64,000 nucleotides of DNA from a virus, in the IMG/VR virus record IMGVR_UViG_3300031521_000033, positions 30,210 through 94,209 of that record; one strand, 5' to 3'. Within the stretch, counting starts at the first letter, position 1, and each line of letters opens with the position of its first letter. The notes under the pieces were generated by a model. That model saw nothing but the letters and a program-made list of their open reading frames with translations, was not told where the DNA came from and searched no databases. This document shows positions 28,490 through 37,187 of the stretch, one piece after another. Made by a program: the position numbers and the translations under genes.

Positions 28490-28890
28490 ACCCTTAATAT
28501 CTTTCCATAATCTTTACATAATGCACATTGACTTATATTCTTATGAAATTCTTTCTTGCACGGTAATGAATCCAATAAGCATTCTCTACTTTTGCATTCT
28601 CTAATATACTCATAGCTAAACTTCAAACTTTCTTTATCAATTTTATACGATTCCGCTTTTGCATTATTTTTCATTTCAATACAAATATAATTTGACTTTG
28701 GATTATTGCCTTTAATAATCTCATTTACTGAATTATCTACATCAATTAATTCTAATTCAACTAATTTTGTAAATACTTTTGGTACTTCTTTTTCATAACT
28801 GAATACATAACACATTTTACCTGTGTTTATATTTTTATATATTTCCATGTTATTCCTTTCTGTTAATGCTTGCTTCTTCACTAAATCCAT
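28486..28890 (-). CDS. hypothetical protein
   Basis: ORF in operon; likely start MEIYK. Confidence 0.5.
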   Translation of the reverse strand: MDLVKKQALTERNNMEIYKNINTGKMCYVFSYEKEVPKVFTKLVELELIDVDNSVNEIIKGNNPKSNYICIEMKNNAKAESYKIDKESLKFSYEYIRECKSRECLLDSLPCKKEFHKNISQCALCKDYGKILRV

Positions 28891-29161
28891 CTGGGTAACG
28901 TTTTTTTAATTTATCAATATTTATCTGAGCAATCTCATTAAAGTCAATCCCTAATATTTCACATGTTAGTGCGGCATACCAGCAACAATCACCAATTTCT
29001 TTCTTGATTGCATCTACATCTAATTTATGTCCGTGATATAAATGCTTTTTAATTATATCTGCAACTTCTCCTGCTTCCCCCGTTAAGCCTAAACCTGCGC
29101 ATGCAAGATCTGCTTTACCTGCTGTTCTCATTGCTAATTTTTGATATTCGTTAAAATCCAT
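28850..29161 (-). CDS. MazG-like nucleotide pyrophosphohydrolase
   Basis: FNEYQ, GLTGEAGEVAD..KK, EIGD..WY, N..KL..RYP. Confidence 0.9.
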   Translation of the reverse strand: MDFNEYQKLAMRTAGKADLACAGLGLTGEAGEVADIIKKHLYHGHKLDVDAIKKEIGDCCWYAALTCEILGIDFNEIAQINIDKLKKRYPDGFSEEASINRKE

Positions 29162-29164
29162 ATA

Positions 29165-29377
29165 CTATTTTACCACCCTCGCTGAGTCCATTTTGTTTGC
29201 ATACTGTTTCAATATTTCTTTTGCATTATCTCCGGCAGTCAACCCCATAATCTTAATTCTGCCAGTCTGTCTATTTTCTCTAATATATGGGTTTGTAAAG
29301 TATACTGTCCGGTCTGAAATAAACACCCTGTTGTTTGTTTCACTGTCAAATACTTCATCTTCACCAATAATAACCAT
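29165..29377 (-). CDS. hypothetical protein
   Basis: ORF in operon. Confidence 0.55.
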   Translation of the reverse strand: MVIIGEDEVFDSETNNRVFISDRTVYFTNPYIRENRQTGRIKIMGLTAGDNAKEILKQYANKMDSARVVK

Positions 29378-29739
29378 TAAAATTCCTCATTTCTTTTCAT
29401 TTCTGATAATGCAACTTCTTTGGACTTCTTTGTTGATCTCTTTACTACATTATTATCAATTTTCATATCCTCAAATGCAACTGCTCTCCAACCATGTAAT
29501 ATTGCCTTATTTACTTGTAATACCATTTGTTCCTCTGTTGGTAACTTCTTTAATAGATCTAAATTCTTCTGCCATGATATCTTACTTGGCATGTTACGTT
29601 GTTCTTTTCTGTTTTTCAAATATTCATCTAATGCTGATTGAAGAGCTAAACTTTCTGGAAATGCTACTTGATTCATATCATATAATGATAAAACCTTATA
29701 ATACTTTTTTATATTGGCTTCCTTACCAAATAGTGCCAT
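29377..29739 (-). CDS. possible replication initiator/replisome-organizer C-terminal-like protein
   Basis: Y...RK...L..L..L....NKAILHGW pattern; start reassigned to MALFG after GAGGAGG. Confidence 0.45.
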   Translation of the reverse strand: MALFGKEANIKKYYKVLSLYDMNQVAFPESLALQSALDEYLKNRKEQRNMPSKISWQKNLDLLKKLPTEEQMVLQVNKAILHGWRAVAFEDMKIDNNVVKRSTKKSKEVALSEMKRNEEF

Positions 29740-29767
29740 ATATTGTTGTACCTCCTCTGTATATATA

Positions 29768-29800
29768 ATTATACCACAATATCTTGTATTTGTCAAGATA
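29768..29800 (-). promoter_or_regulatory. sigma-A promoter TTGACA-17-TATAAT with TATCTTG-N7-CAAGATA inverted repeat over -35
   Basis: Direct sequence; -35 contains TGA stop of upstream ORF. Confidence 0.8.
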
Positions 29801-30221
29801 AAATTTTATACGATTTACTCCTAATTCCATCTAATTCCAAATTAATATTATTTAATTCTGATTGTAGAGTTTGAATTTTATCCATTACTGCCATTTGGTT
29901 TGATTTTACACAATCATAATTGCTTAATATATCCTTTAGATAAAGTATTTCAATATCTTCTTTTGGTTTAAGTGGAACTACTACAACCCACTCAGCACAA
30001 AAAGTATATGAATCCACCGACAAAAACCTATCCGTTGCTTTCAAACTAAATCTTTTCAGACCATTTGTGTGCCAAACTTCATCTATTTTAAAGGTATGTC
30101 CGCAATATTCAAACATTTCATCTATCCATTTTAAGGCCAATGGATCATCATCATTGTCTTCCACTATTTCTGCCATTAACGATCTTGATTTAACAATTAC
30201 ATAATCTCCCACTTCATACAT
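29793..30221 (-). CDS. hypothetical protein (KOW/SH3-like N-terminus plus coiled coil)
   Basis: YEVGDYV.VK start; heptad C-terminus. Confidence 0.55.
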   Translation of the reverse strand: MYEVGDYVIVKSRSLMAEIVEDNDDDPLALKWIDEMFEYCGHTFKIDEVWHTNGLKRFSLKATDRFLSVDSYTFCAEWVVVVPLKPKEDIEILYLKDILSNYDCVKSNQMAVMDKIQTLQSELNNINLELDGIRSKSYKILS

Positions 30222-30529
30222 TATTTTTCATCCCCAATTGGTACATAATCAATCACGGTAATTGTTTTCTTAGTTTCAACTTTTTTAATTTCAATCGGCT
30301 GATCACAATAAAATGATTCACATTGTTCTGTTAATCCTTGACTCCATATCAAACTAAATAATCTTCCATCACATTCAATAATTGATTCCACATCTTGTGT
30401 CCATCTGTGTTGCTCACCATCAATATCCTCCATTGAATAACTTTGAAAATCCTCTAGTTCATTATCTGTTAAATCAACTCCACTGTCTATTTTTTTAATA
30501 TAACCATCTAATTCTTTAAAATCACTCAC
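30221..30529 (-). CDS. hypothetical protein
   Basis: ORF in operon. Confidence 0.6.
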   Translation of the reverse strand: MSDFKELDGYIKKIDSGVDLTDNELEDFQSYSMEDIDGEQHRWTQDVESIIECDGRLFSLIWSQGLTEQCESFYCDQPIEIKKVETKKTITVIDYVPIGDEK

Positions 30530-30750
30530 TTTTCTGCCTCTCCTTCTGGTGGATTATTTACCATTTCAACTGCATCATTCACCTGTTCATCAACTGTAAG
30601 ATTTGTTCTTTCCCACAGTTTTGCTTTTTCCTCTTCTACATTATCCTTTGCGGTGAGGCTTATTTCTTCCTGTGCTTCAAATGTAAACCATTTCTTGCCA
30701 ATTTCTAAACTCATACGGCTGCATGCTCGTAATAATGTTGTTTTTGCCAT
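30526..30750 (-). CDS. hypothetical protein
   Basis: ORF with RBS. Confidence 0.6.
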   Translation of the reverse strand: MAKTTLLRACSRMSLEIGKKWFTFEAQEEISLTAKDNVEEEKAKLWERTNLTVDEQVNDAVEMVNNPPEGEAEK

Positions 30751-30751
30751 T

Positions 30752-30955
30752 TTAATATTCCCCCTCTCTTTCTATTAATTCAAACTGATTTAATGATTCC
30801 TGAAAATAATATTCTTCATTTTCAACTAAAAGTTCTAAATTGCCGCCGGGATAACTTTTAATATCAACTACTGTAAGAACTTCATCCTTTAAATCATCAT
30901 ATTCATAATCATCTTTATCAATAAATTTTACTTTATCTCCTGTACTAAATTCCAT
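30752..30955 (-). CDS. small SH3-like hypothetical protein
   Basis: F..GDKVK pattern. Confidence 0.55.
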   Translation of the reverse strand: MEFSTGDKVKFIDKDDYEYDDLKDEVLTVVDIKSYPGGNLELLVENEEYYFQESLNQFELIEREGEY

Positions 30956-30957
30956 AT

Positions 30958-31581
30958 TTATTCCCCTCTTCTTATAATTGCTTTTGTTGTATGATTAACT
31001 TTTCTGAATAAATTTGGGGGCAAATCCCCCCTCCTAATTCTTGCATGTAGCACATTCACAGCTATTCCCAAATATCTTGCCCATTCCGCGATAGTTAAAT
31101 GTAATCCATTAAAATCAATATATATGTTAGTTCTTCGGTTATTTGCCTGTTCTTTTGGGGTTGCCCACTTGCAATTTTCCGGTGAATAATCACCATTTAC
31201 ATCTATTCTATCAATAGAATATTTTTTTGACGGTTTACTCCCTAAATCAGTATAGAAGTTCTCAAATGAATGTAGCCACCTGTCACATACTTTTATTCCT
31301 CTACCCCCATAGCTATTATACGATGGGTTATTTTTGTTACTGCACCTATCCTTTAATCCCTGCCATGTTTTATATTCTGGTGTTTTCCGCATACCATGCT
31401 TATACCCTGTCATTCTCCCTAGGCAACCACATGACTTTGTGTGCTTCGATATTAAACTAGTTCCACGCACACTCTTAATACTTCCACATGAGCACCTACA
31501 TACCCAATGGTATAGTCTATCATTATCAATATGCTGTACGGTTAATTCACCAAAAACCATATTACTTAAATCTTGTCCCAA
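30958..31581 (-). CDS. free-standing HNH homing endonuclease
   Basis: W.C.C.CG..KSCGC, RC.N....YGGRGI.VC.RW, SIDRIDVNGDYSPENCKWAT..QANN; probable TTG start after AGGGG. Confidence 0.9.
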   Translation of the reverse strand: MGQDLSNMVFGELTVQHIDNDRLYHWVCRCSCGSIKSVRGTSLISKHTKSCGCLGRMTGYKHGMRKTPEYKTWQGLKDRCSNKNNPSYNSYGGRGIKVCDRWLHSFENFYTDLGSKPSKKYSIDRIDVNGDYSPENCKWATPKEQANNRRTNIYIDFNGLHLTIAEWARYLGIAVNVLHARIRRGDLPPNLFRKVNHTTKAIIRRGE

Positions 31582-31591
31582 TATTATCCCC

Positions 31592-32149
31592 CTATTGTAA
31601 AATATACACTGTCTTATGCTGAATACCCCGTGAAAATGCCTCCTCGGTTGTTCCAACTAATACATCAATTTTATCATCATTTATATAATTACCCCTATCC
31701 TGAACAATAAAAATATGCCCATCAATCCTAACTTTAGTCCCGAATGGAATGTTATTGCCCATTGCTACCGTTGTCCCGACAGTAGCAATTTCTCCACTTG
31801 CGGTAACCCCCCTGCTGTTCCCACATTCTTCTGTGGATGCGGTATAGTATGATACCAACATTTCCCTTCTATCCCACGTTTGATTACTATCCATTTCCAA
31901 TTTTCCTCTGCTGACTTCATCCAATCTTTCCTTTGTTGTAATAATTTCATTATTTAATTCCATATATTTATTATAAACTTCTTTACCATTATTGTCAAGT
32001 TCTTTTTGGTCCTTATATATGCACTCAATCGTCTCAGATTGCGTTTTAAGCACTATTTCTACATGTAACATATAAGTAACCATACCAGTCAATAAAATAC
32101 CCACTACAAGCGTTGTGATAAATAAATATAATCTATTCATCTGTGTCAT
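31592..32149 (-). CDS. membrane-anchored 3D-domain (MltA-like) cell wall protein
   Basis: N-terminal TM, coiled coil, then YYT..G.TASG..VA...IPFGT.V.I...VQDRG...IDV. Confidence 0.85.
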   Translation of the reverse strand: MTQMNRLYLFITTLVVGILLTGMVTYMLHVEIVLKTQSETIECIYKDQKELDNNGKEVYNKYMELNNEIITTKERLDEVSRGKLEMDSNQTWDRREMLVSYYTASTEECGNSRGVTASGEIATVGTTVAMGNNIPFGTKVRIDGHIFIVQDRGNYINDDKIDVLVGTTEEAFSRGIQHKTVYILQ

Positions 32150-32177
32150 TCACATTCCTCATTTCTTTTAATATTAA

Positions 32178-32366
32178 TTATTTATACTTCGTAAGCATAT
32201 ATTCCGGGTAAAGTGGTGGTCTATAGTTTGCAATACCGTACATAAAAAGCTGTGAATCTTCATCATAATATACATCTGTAACTGTTGCACCAATTATTTC
32301 ACCTGTAATATCTTTGACATTTACATGGCTCCCAATATCAAACTTTGATTCTTTTACAATTTTCAT
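32178..32366 (-). CDS. small hypothetical protein
   Basis: KFDIG..V pattern; AGGAG RBS. Confidence 0.55.
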   Translation of the reverse strand: MKIVKESKFDIGSHVNVKDITGEIIGATVTDVYYDEDSQLFMYGIANYRPPLYPEYMLTKYK

Positions 32367-32725
32367 TTTAACAACTCCTTCCTAATTTTCGTCCAGTTTA
32401 ATTCTGTGTTTCCCTTATCGTCAATGTACATATCTGCATATGGTTTTGGACTAGTTGATGAATCTGGATGGGCCTTTAACCACTCTTTTAAATGATCGGG
32501 ATCATTTCTATTCACAGCATCAAATTGTAGGCCGTGTTCATAACAAAAGTTTATTGCATCTAGTAAATATTGGTCTGTTCTGCAAGTCCATAATATAACC
32601 TTACCGCCGTTCTTCCTAAATTTTATCATGGTGTATAATGCTACATAATTCGGTGTTCCAATTTCCGGGAATGTCTCTTCACATAAAGTGCCATCAAAGT
32701 CTACTGCTACAATCTTATATTTCAT
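32363..32725 (-). CDS. HAD-superfamily phosphatase (minimal, capless)
   Basis: AVDFDGT, WTCR, K.YADMYIDD. Confidence 0.85.
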   Translation of the reverse strand: MKYKIVAVDFDGTLCEETFPEIGTPNYVALYTMIKFRKNGGKVILWTCRTDQYLLDAINFCYEHGLQFDAVNRNDPDHLKEWLKAHPDSSTSPKPYADMYIDDKGNTELNWTKIRKELLK

Positions 32726-32931
32726 TTTTATTATTCTCCTTTTATTTGTCTATAACTTCTTTAAATATTTTAAGATCCTCTATTTTTAGGCGCGTCCGAG
32801 ATTTCCGTCTTGATTCTTTCTTTGTTTTGCTATCATAAGCCTCAAGAAAGCATGTACAATTTCTTACCCCACATTTTACATAGTCATAACTATTATATCT
32901 ATGAAATAAATCCATATTATTACTCCTTTAC

Positions 32932-33213
32932 TTATCTTAATGTTGGATTTGGATAATTATTAAAATATTTAATCCCCTTTGCAAGACCTTTATCGACCAT
33001 TTTTATTAGCAATTCCTCTGGAATACCTAAATTGTACATTGCCTCCTGTAATATATGATATTTTGATTGACTGTCAAGCATCTGATTCTTATAATAAATC
33101 TCTTTTGAGTCATTAATTCCCTTAAAGTTGTATCTTACCAACTGGTATAATTTAAATTTTGCCGTCTCTTGTATAAGCATATTTTCTAATATTTTCCTAT
33201 CTGACCTATTCAT
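32932..33213 (-). CDS. hypothetical protein
   Basis: GGGGA RBS. Confidence 0.55.
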   Translation of the reverse strand: MNRSDRKILENMLIQETAKFKLYQLVRYNFKGINDSKEIYYKNQMLDSQSKYHILQEAMYNLGIPEELLIKMVDKGLAKGIKYFNNYPNPTLR

Positions 33214-33225
33214 TATTTTATCCCC

Positions 33226-34899
33226 CTAACTTAATAAATATTTTAATACTTCTTTACTGTTTATATCATGTTCTTTATCAACTATTGTATCTGACATATA
33301 TTTCTTCTTTAATACTAATTCTTGTATTCTCTCATCAATTGAATTTCTGCATACTAGTGAAATAATATAACAAGTTGATTTAGTTCCTATTCTATGTATT
33401 CTATCCGCTGCTTGACTATAACTTGCATATGTATATGGTAAATCTAAAAATATTATGGTGCTTGCTGCTGTCAATGTTAACCCAACTCCCATACAATCGG
33501 TAGTTCCAATTAATACCTTACATTTTGAATCAGTCATAAACCGATTTTTTTGCTCCATTCTGTTTTTTACTTTACCCGTAATTACTGCGGGGTTCCATCT
33601 TTTAAATCGTCTTTCTGCAATATCTGTAATTGTGGTCCAGTTTGAAACAATAATTACTTTTTCACCATTTGCAACCAATTCTTCTATTATTTCCTCTGCT
33701 CTATCAAACTTTGGTGCTTCCTTAATTGTTGATGATAATATTGATGTATCTGCTGTAACCTGTCTTAATCTAATTAGCATTGTAAGTGGATTTGGATTTA
33801 GTTCTATTTTATCTATATTTGCCATTACCTCATCCATAACATCTGCATATAACTTCTTTTGCGGACCTGTCATTTCCACATATTCTGTTTTCTCAATCCT
33901 AGGCGGTAAATTTAATACCTTGGATTTGAGTCGTCTTAACTGCACTGAATCTAACTTTTTCTGCAGTAGATCCATATTCTTATATCTAATTACAGAATGC
34001 CCACCGTAACCACCCCAATCTGCATACTCTCTTTTAAAGTCCCCATAATTTCCTGTCTCTGCCCCAACCCACTTTAATATCAGGTATAATGATAATGGGG
34101 AGTTCATTAATGGTGTTCCTGTTACTGGTACTGCATACATTGGTGATAATCTAAGTAATGCCCTTGCTGATAACGATGTTGGACTTGATAACTTGTGTAT
34201 CTCATCAAATATTACCATACCAATTATATCTTTGTCAATCATTTTCTTTAACTGTTCCACAAGCGGTTTATTTTGTAGCGTATCGACATTTGTGATTAAA
34301 AAGTATTTATCTGCAATCTTTAAATCATCTAATTTATCCTTATTGCCCTTGATATTCCATATGCCTTTTCGGTTCTTCCTTGATCCAAGTACCGTTGATT
34401 TAATGCCTGTATGATCTTTTATTTCATTATACCAGTTCCACATCAATGAGCCTATACCACATATTATTAGGCAATGTTTAAATTCTTGCTGCCTTGCTAA
34501 CGCTATCGCGATCAGCTGTAGACTTTTTCCCAAACCGGGTTGATCTGCCAGTAAAAACTTTGCATGTGTCATCCCATGATTAAACCCATCAACCTGATAA
34601 TCATATAACTTGGTTTTTATCTCACTTGGCATTGCTGCTAATACTTCTTTAACTACTTTTACTTTTTTCTTGCGCGATTTTCTCTCTTTCCCAACGATCT
34701 TAAATTCAATATTTGGCAATTCATCTTGTAACCACTTTAATTTACTAGCATCAATTTCCCATTCTTTTTTAATGGTATTATAATATCTATTCTGTATTCT
34801 TCGGATTACCTCTACAATTTTGATATTATATGGGAATAATAGGTAAACACTTTGAATTGATTCTAGTTTAACTGGTTTACCATATTTTGCTGTAATCAT
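33226..34899 (-). CDS. SNF2-family helicase with N-terminal HARP-like domain
   Basis: FPY....I..I..R.Y....K.W N-domain; DQPGLGKS, DEIH, TGTP..N, G.GLTL, QA.DRIHRIG. Confidence 0.92.
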   Translation of the reverse strand: MITAKYGKPVKLESIQSVYLLFPYNIKIVEVIRRIQNRYYNTIKKEWEIDASKLKWLQDELPNIEFKIVGKERKSRKKKVKVVKEVLAAMPSEIKTKLYDYQVDGFNHGMTHAKFLLADQPGLGKSLQLIAIALARQQEFKHCLIICGIGSLMWNWYNEIKDHTGIKSTVLGSRKNRKGIWNIKGNKDKLDDLKIADKYFLITNVDTLQNKPLVEQLKKMIDKDIIGMVIFDEIHKLSSPTSLSARALLRLSPMYAVPVTGTPLMNSPLSLYLILKWVGAETGNYGDFKREYADWGGYGGHSVIRYKNMDLLQKKLDSVQLRRLKSKVLNLPPRIEKTEYVEMTGPQKKLYADVMDEVMANIDKIELNPNPLTMLIRLRQVTADTSILSSTIKEAPKFDRAEEIIEELVANGEKVIIVSNWTTITDIAERRFKRWNPAVITGKVKNRMEQKNRFMTDSKCKVLIGTTDCMGVGLTLTAASTIIFLDLPYTYASYSQAADRIHRIGTKSTCYIISLVCRNSIDERIQELVLKKKYMSDTIVDKEHDINSKEVLKYLLS

Positions 34900-34918
34900 T
34901 TAATTCCTCCCTAATATC

Positions 34919-34947
34919 ATTATAATATAAATATATAAAAATGTCAA
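34919..34947 (-). promoter_or_regulatory. consensus sigma-A promoter TTGACA-17-TATAAT at late/early boundary
   Basis: Direct sequence; GGGAGG RBS follows. Confidence 0.85.
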
Positions 34948-34949
34948 AT

Positions 34950-34978
34950 AAAAAAGGAAGTAGATTTCTCTACCTCCC
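34950..34978 (-). terminator. intrinsic terminator ending late (lysis) operon
   Basis: GGAGGTAGA-gaaa-TCTACTTCC followed by T6. Confidence 0.85.
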
Positions 34979-34983
34979 GGATC

Positions 34984-35208
34984 TTACGAAACCCAACTGT
35001 TAATCTTATTAAGTAATGCATCATTAGCAAAACCTAACAGTACAATATAACCTTTATCTCTAATCTTTACCCATGTACTTTTTGTTGCAGCAATTTCAGC
35101 GTTCAATGTCGCTGTAAGATCGTCTTTCTTCTGTGATACTGTCATTGTTGCCCAACTTAATGCAACCGCTTCTACTGCTTGCTTAACTTGATCTGTTTCT
35201 GTACTCAT
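34984..35208 (-). CDS. small helical protein, last gene of lysis cassette
   Basis: ORF with GAGG RBS; no lipobox seen. Confidence 0.6.
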   Translation of the reverse strand: MSTETDQVKQAVEAVALSWATMTVSQKKDDLTATLNAEIAATKSTWVKIRDKGYIVLLGFANDALLNKINSWVS

Positions 35209-35742
35209 TTATGCATCTTCCTCTTTTGTATATTCTTCGGTAATATCTATACCACCAAAGTTATTTATTAATTCTCTATATAAAACTATTGGTGCAATCT
35301 GGTCTGGTTCTAAATCACTACAAACATTTAACCCACCAGCTCTACACATTAGTGCTATTGTTTCTGCACACATTACCGTTTTCATGCCATCAATTAATAT
35401 ATTTTCGCCCGTTAATATCTTTATCGCGGTTGAAACACAATCTGTAAATCCATAAAATCTTCCATCTAATTCTTCATATGCCAGACTATCATACGCATCT
35501 GCATCAGGTATTTCTACTTTAATATATTTTATTTCTGGAACATTATCATACTTATGTATGGGTTTAAACCACGCCCCTGGATACGGTTTATTGTCTTTAT
35601 TGGTTCCCATTGCTTCAAATGGTCGGCCATCAACAATGGTAAATACATGGGTAACATCTTCCCCAATTGCACCACTAACATACTGAATTGCCTTATCTAA
35701 TAATGTTGTACCACCTGAAAATCCTATAATCCTTTCACTCAT
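35209..35742 (-). CDS. permuted papain-like NlpC/P60 (YaeF/YiiX-like) protein
   Basis: His before Cys: THVF...EA...G..Y...MCAE.IA...AG....AP..L. Confidence 0.7.
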   Translation of the reverse strand: MSERIIGFSGGTTLLDKAIQYVSGAIGEDVTHVFTIVDGRPFEAMGTNKDNKPYPGAWFKPIHKYDNVPEIKYIKVEIPDADAYDSLAYEELDGRFYGFTDCVSTAIKILTGENILIDGMKTVMCAETIALMCRAGGLNVCSDLEPDQIAPIVLYRELINNFGGIDITEEYTKEEDA

Positions 35743-35745
35743 TTA

Positions 35746-35937
35746 TTATACCACATCCTTATCTGGTTTGTCAACAGGTTTATTTACATTTGTATGTTTT
35801 GCTCCAAGGTATCCCAAAAGTCCTGAAATTATAACATTTGCAGTACTGCCATCACCGACGTATAAAGTAATAATAAGCGATGCTACTAAACCAACTACAA
35901 CAATCAAATCAATTATACTAATGTCATCAAATTTCAT
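35746..35937 (-). CDS. putative holin (2 TM, charged tail)
   Basis: Two hydrophobic helices, GLLGYLG, adjacent to amidase. Confidence 0.6.
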   Translation of the reverse strand: MKFDDISIIDLIVVVGLVASLIITLYVGDGSTANVIISGLLGYLGAKHTNVNKPVDKPDKDVV

Positions 35938-36466
35938 AATCTGTTACTCCTCTTGCTATTGCTCTTGCAAAATCATCTTGCTTATTTATTAAAAGTTGAG
36001 CATCTTTATCATTAGATATAAAAGCAGTTTCTACCAAACATGCAATCATATTTGTATGTGTTAATACATACAACCCATTTACCCCGGGTATAGCTTTTTT
36101 AACCCCTCTATCAGTTGTATTTAAGGCAGTTACAATCTGTGTATCAATAGCTTGTGCTATCTTATGACTTTGTTCTGACATAGCATATGCCCACACTTCT
36201 GTGCCATTTGCTTCTTTTGAATCTGCACTATTGCAATGGATAGATATAAATAAATCTGCTCCCCAATAATTTGCTGTATCACATATTTCTTGTAAACTAT
36301 CGGATTGTATCAGATTTATTTCATACCCGACATTTTGTAGATACTTTTTAACAAGATAACTTATACTTAATGAAATATCTGATTCTCTTACTCCTAACGA
36401 TTCATTACATGCCCCCGGATCTGGATTACCATCAGGTGCATGCCCGGCATTAATACAAATTTTCAT
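35927..36466 (-). CDS. endolysin, N-acetylmuramoyl-L-alanine amidase (Amidase_3), no binding domain
   Basis: INAGH, E, ADLFISIHCN, GTE, LVETAFISN; start reassigned to MKICI. Confidence 0.93.
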   Translation of the reverse strand: MKICINAGHAPDGNPDPGACNESLGVRESDISLSISYLVKKYLQNVGYEINLIQSDSLQEICDTANYWGADLFISIHCNSADSKEANGTEVWAYAMSEQSHKIAQAIDTQIVTALNTTDRGVKKAIPGVNGLYVLTHTNMIACLVETAFISNDKDAQLLINKQDDFARAIARGVTDYEI

Positions 36467-36470
36467 ACCA

Positions 36471-36875
36471 TCAATCCTCCACTGTAAATGGTACTCCATT
36501 ACCATCTTCTATAATAAGTCTACTTAATTCTTCCCCATCAACATTCTGCATACGAAGACACCCATATGTGGGCCGCCAACCTTGTTTTGGTGCAAATGGA
36601 TCTGCACAACCTGAACCACCACCATGAACAACTCTACCTCTTGGATCACCCGTATCAATATAGAATGTTCCATATGCCCTAGAATTTTCTGCCGGATAAG
36701 GTTCTGCTGTTGCTGTATATTCCCCGTTGGGCAATGTAGCCCTTGGTTCACCATTTTCATTTTCTCCTGCTACAAAATCATGGTGACAAGGGTAGGGATA
36801 ATTACTCCCATCATCCCTGTAATATGTAATAACGTCATTGTCTCTGCTATAAACTAACTTACTCATGCTTTTCAT
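36471..36875 (-). CDS. L,D-transpeptidase (YkuD/Tlde1)-like protein
   Basis: TLPNGEY...VHGGG...TYGCLRM.N.D catalytic His/Cys motif. Confidence 0.75.
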   Translation of the reverse strand: MKSMSKLVYSRDNDVITYYRDDGSNYPYPCHHDFVAGENENGEPRATLPNGEYTATAEPYPAENSRAYGTFYIDTGDPRGRVVHGGGSGCADPFAPKQGWRPTYGCLRMQNVDGEELSRLIIEDGNGVPFTVED

Positions 36876-37167
36876 GCTCCCTTTCTATCTGGTGTACCCT
36901 ATGTGTTAATGCTTCTATTTTTTCGTCACTCCTTGTCTGCCTAACTAGCAAATCCTTTTGCATTTCCCTTATACCATCTACGCTATCCGTTAATTTTGAT
37001 ATTGTCAAAACTAATGAATTTATAGATTGGTCTAGTTTATTTGTAAGTCCTTGCAATATAATATTGAATGGTCTTACTATCCATGCTTTTGCATAGGCAA
37101 GGGCAACTGCAACAATTGCCCCTACTATTGTTATTAATTGTACCAGTAATGTTACATCTATTACCAA
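36859..37167 (-). CDS. single-TM plus coiled-coil protein, holin/hemolysin-like
   Basis: N-terminal TM, heptad repeats, ends HRVHQIE; first gene of lysis cassette. Confidence 0.55.
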   Translation of the reverse strand: MVIDVTLLVQLITIVGAIVAVALAYAKAWIVRPFNIILQGLTNKLDQSINSLVLTISKLTDSVDGIREMQKDLLVRQTRSDEKIEALTHRVHQIEREHEKHE

Positions 37168-37187
37168 TTTAATCTCACCACCTATGC

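Noticed and set aside
15233-29739. Shared C-terminal Phe tails on SSB (VDF), DnaB (SVF) and putative initiator (EEF) as a common docking motif
   Set aside because: Too short to distinguish from chance without homolog alignments
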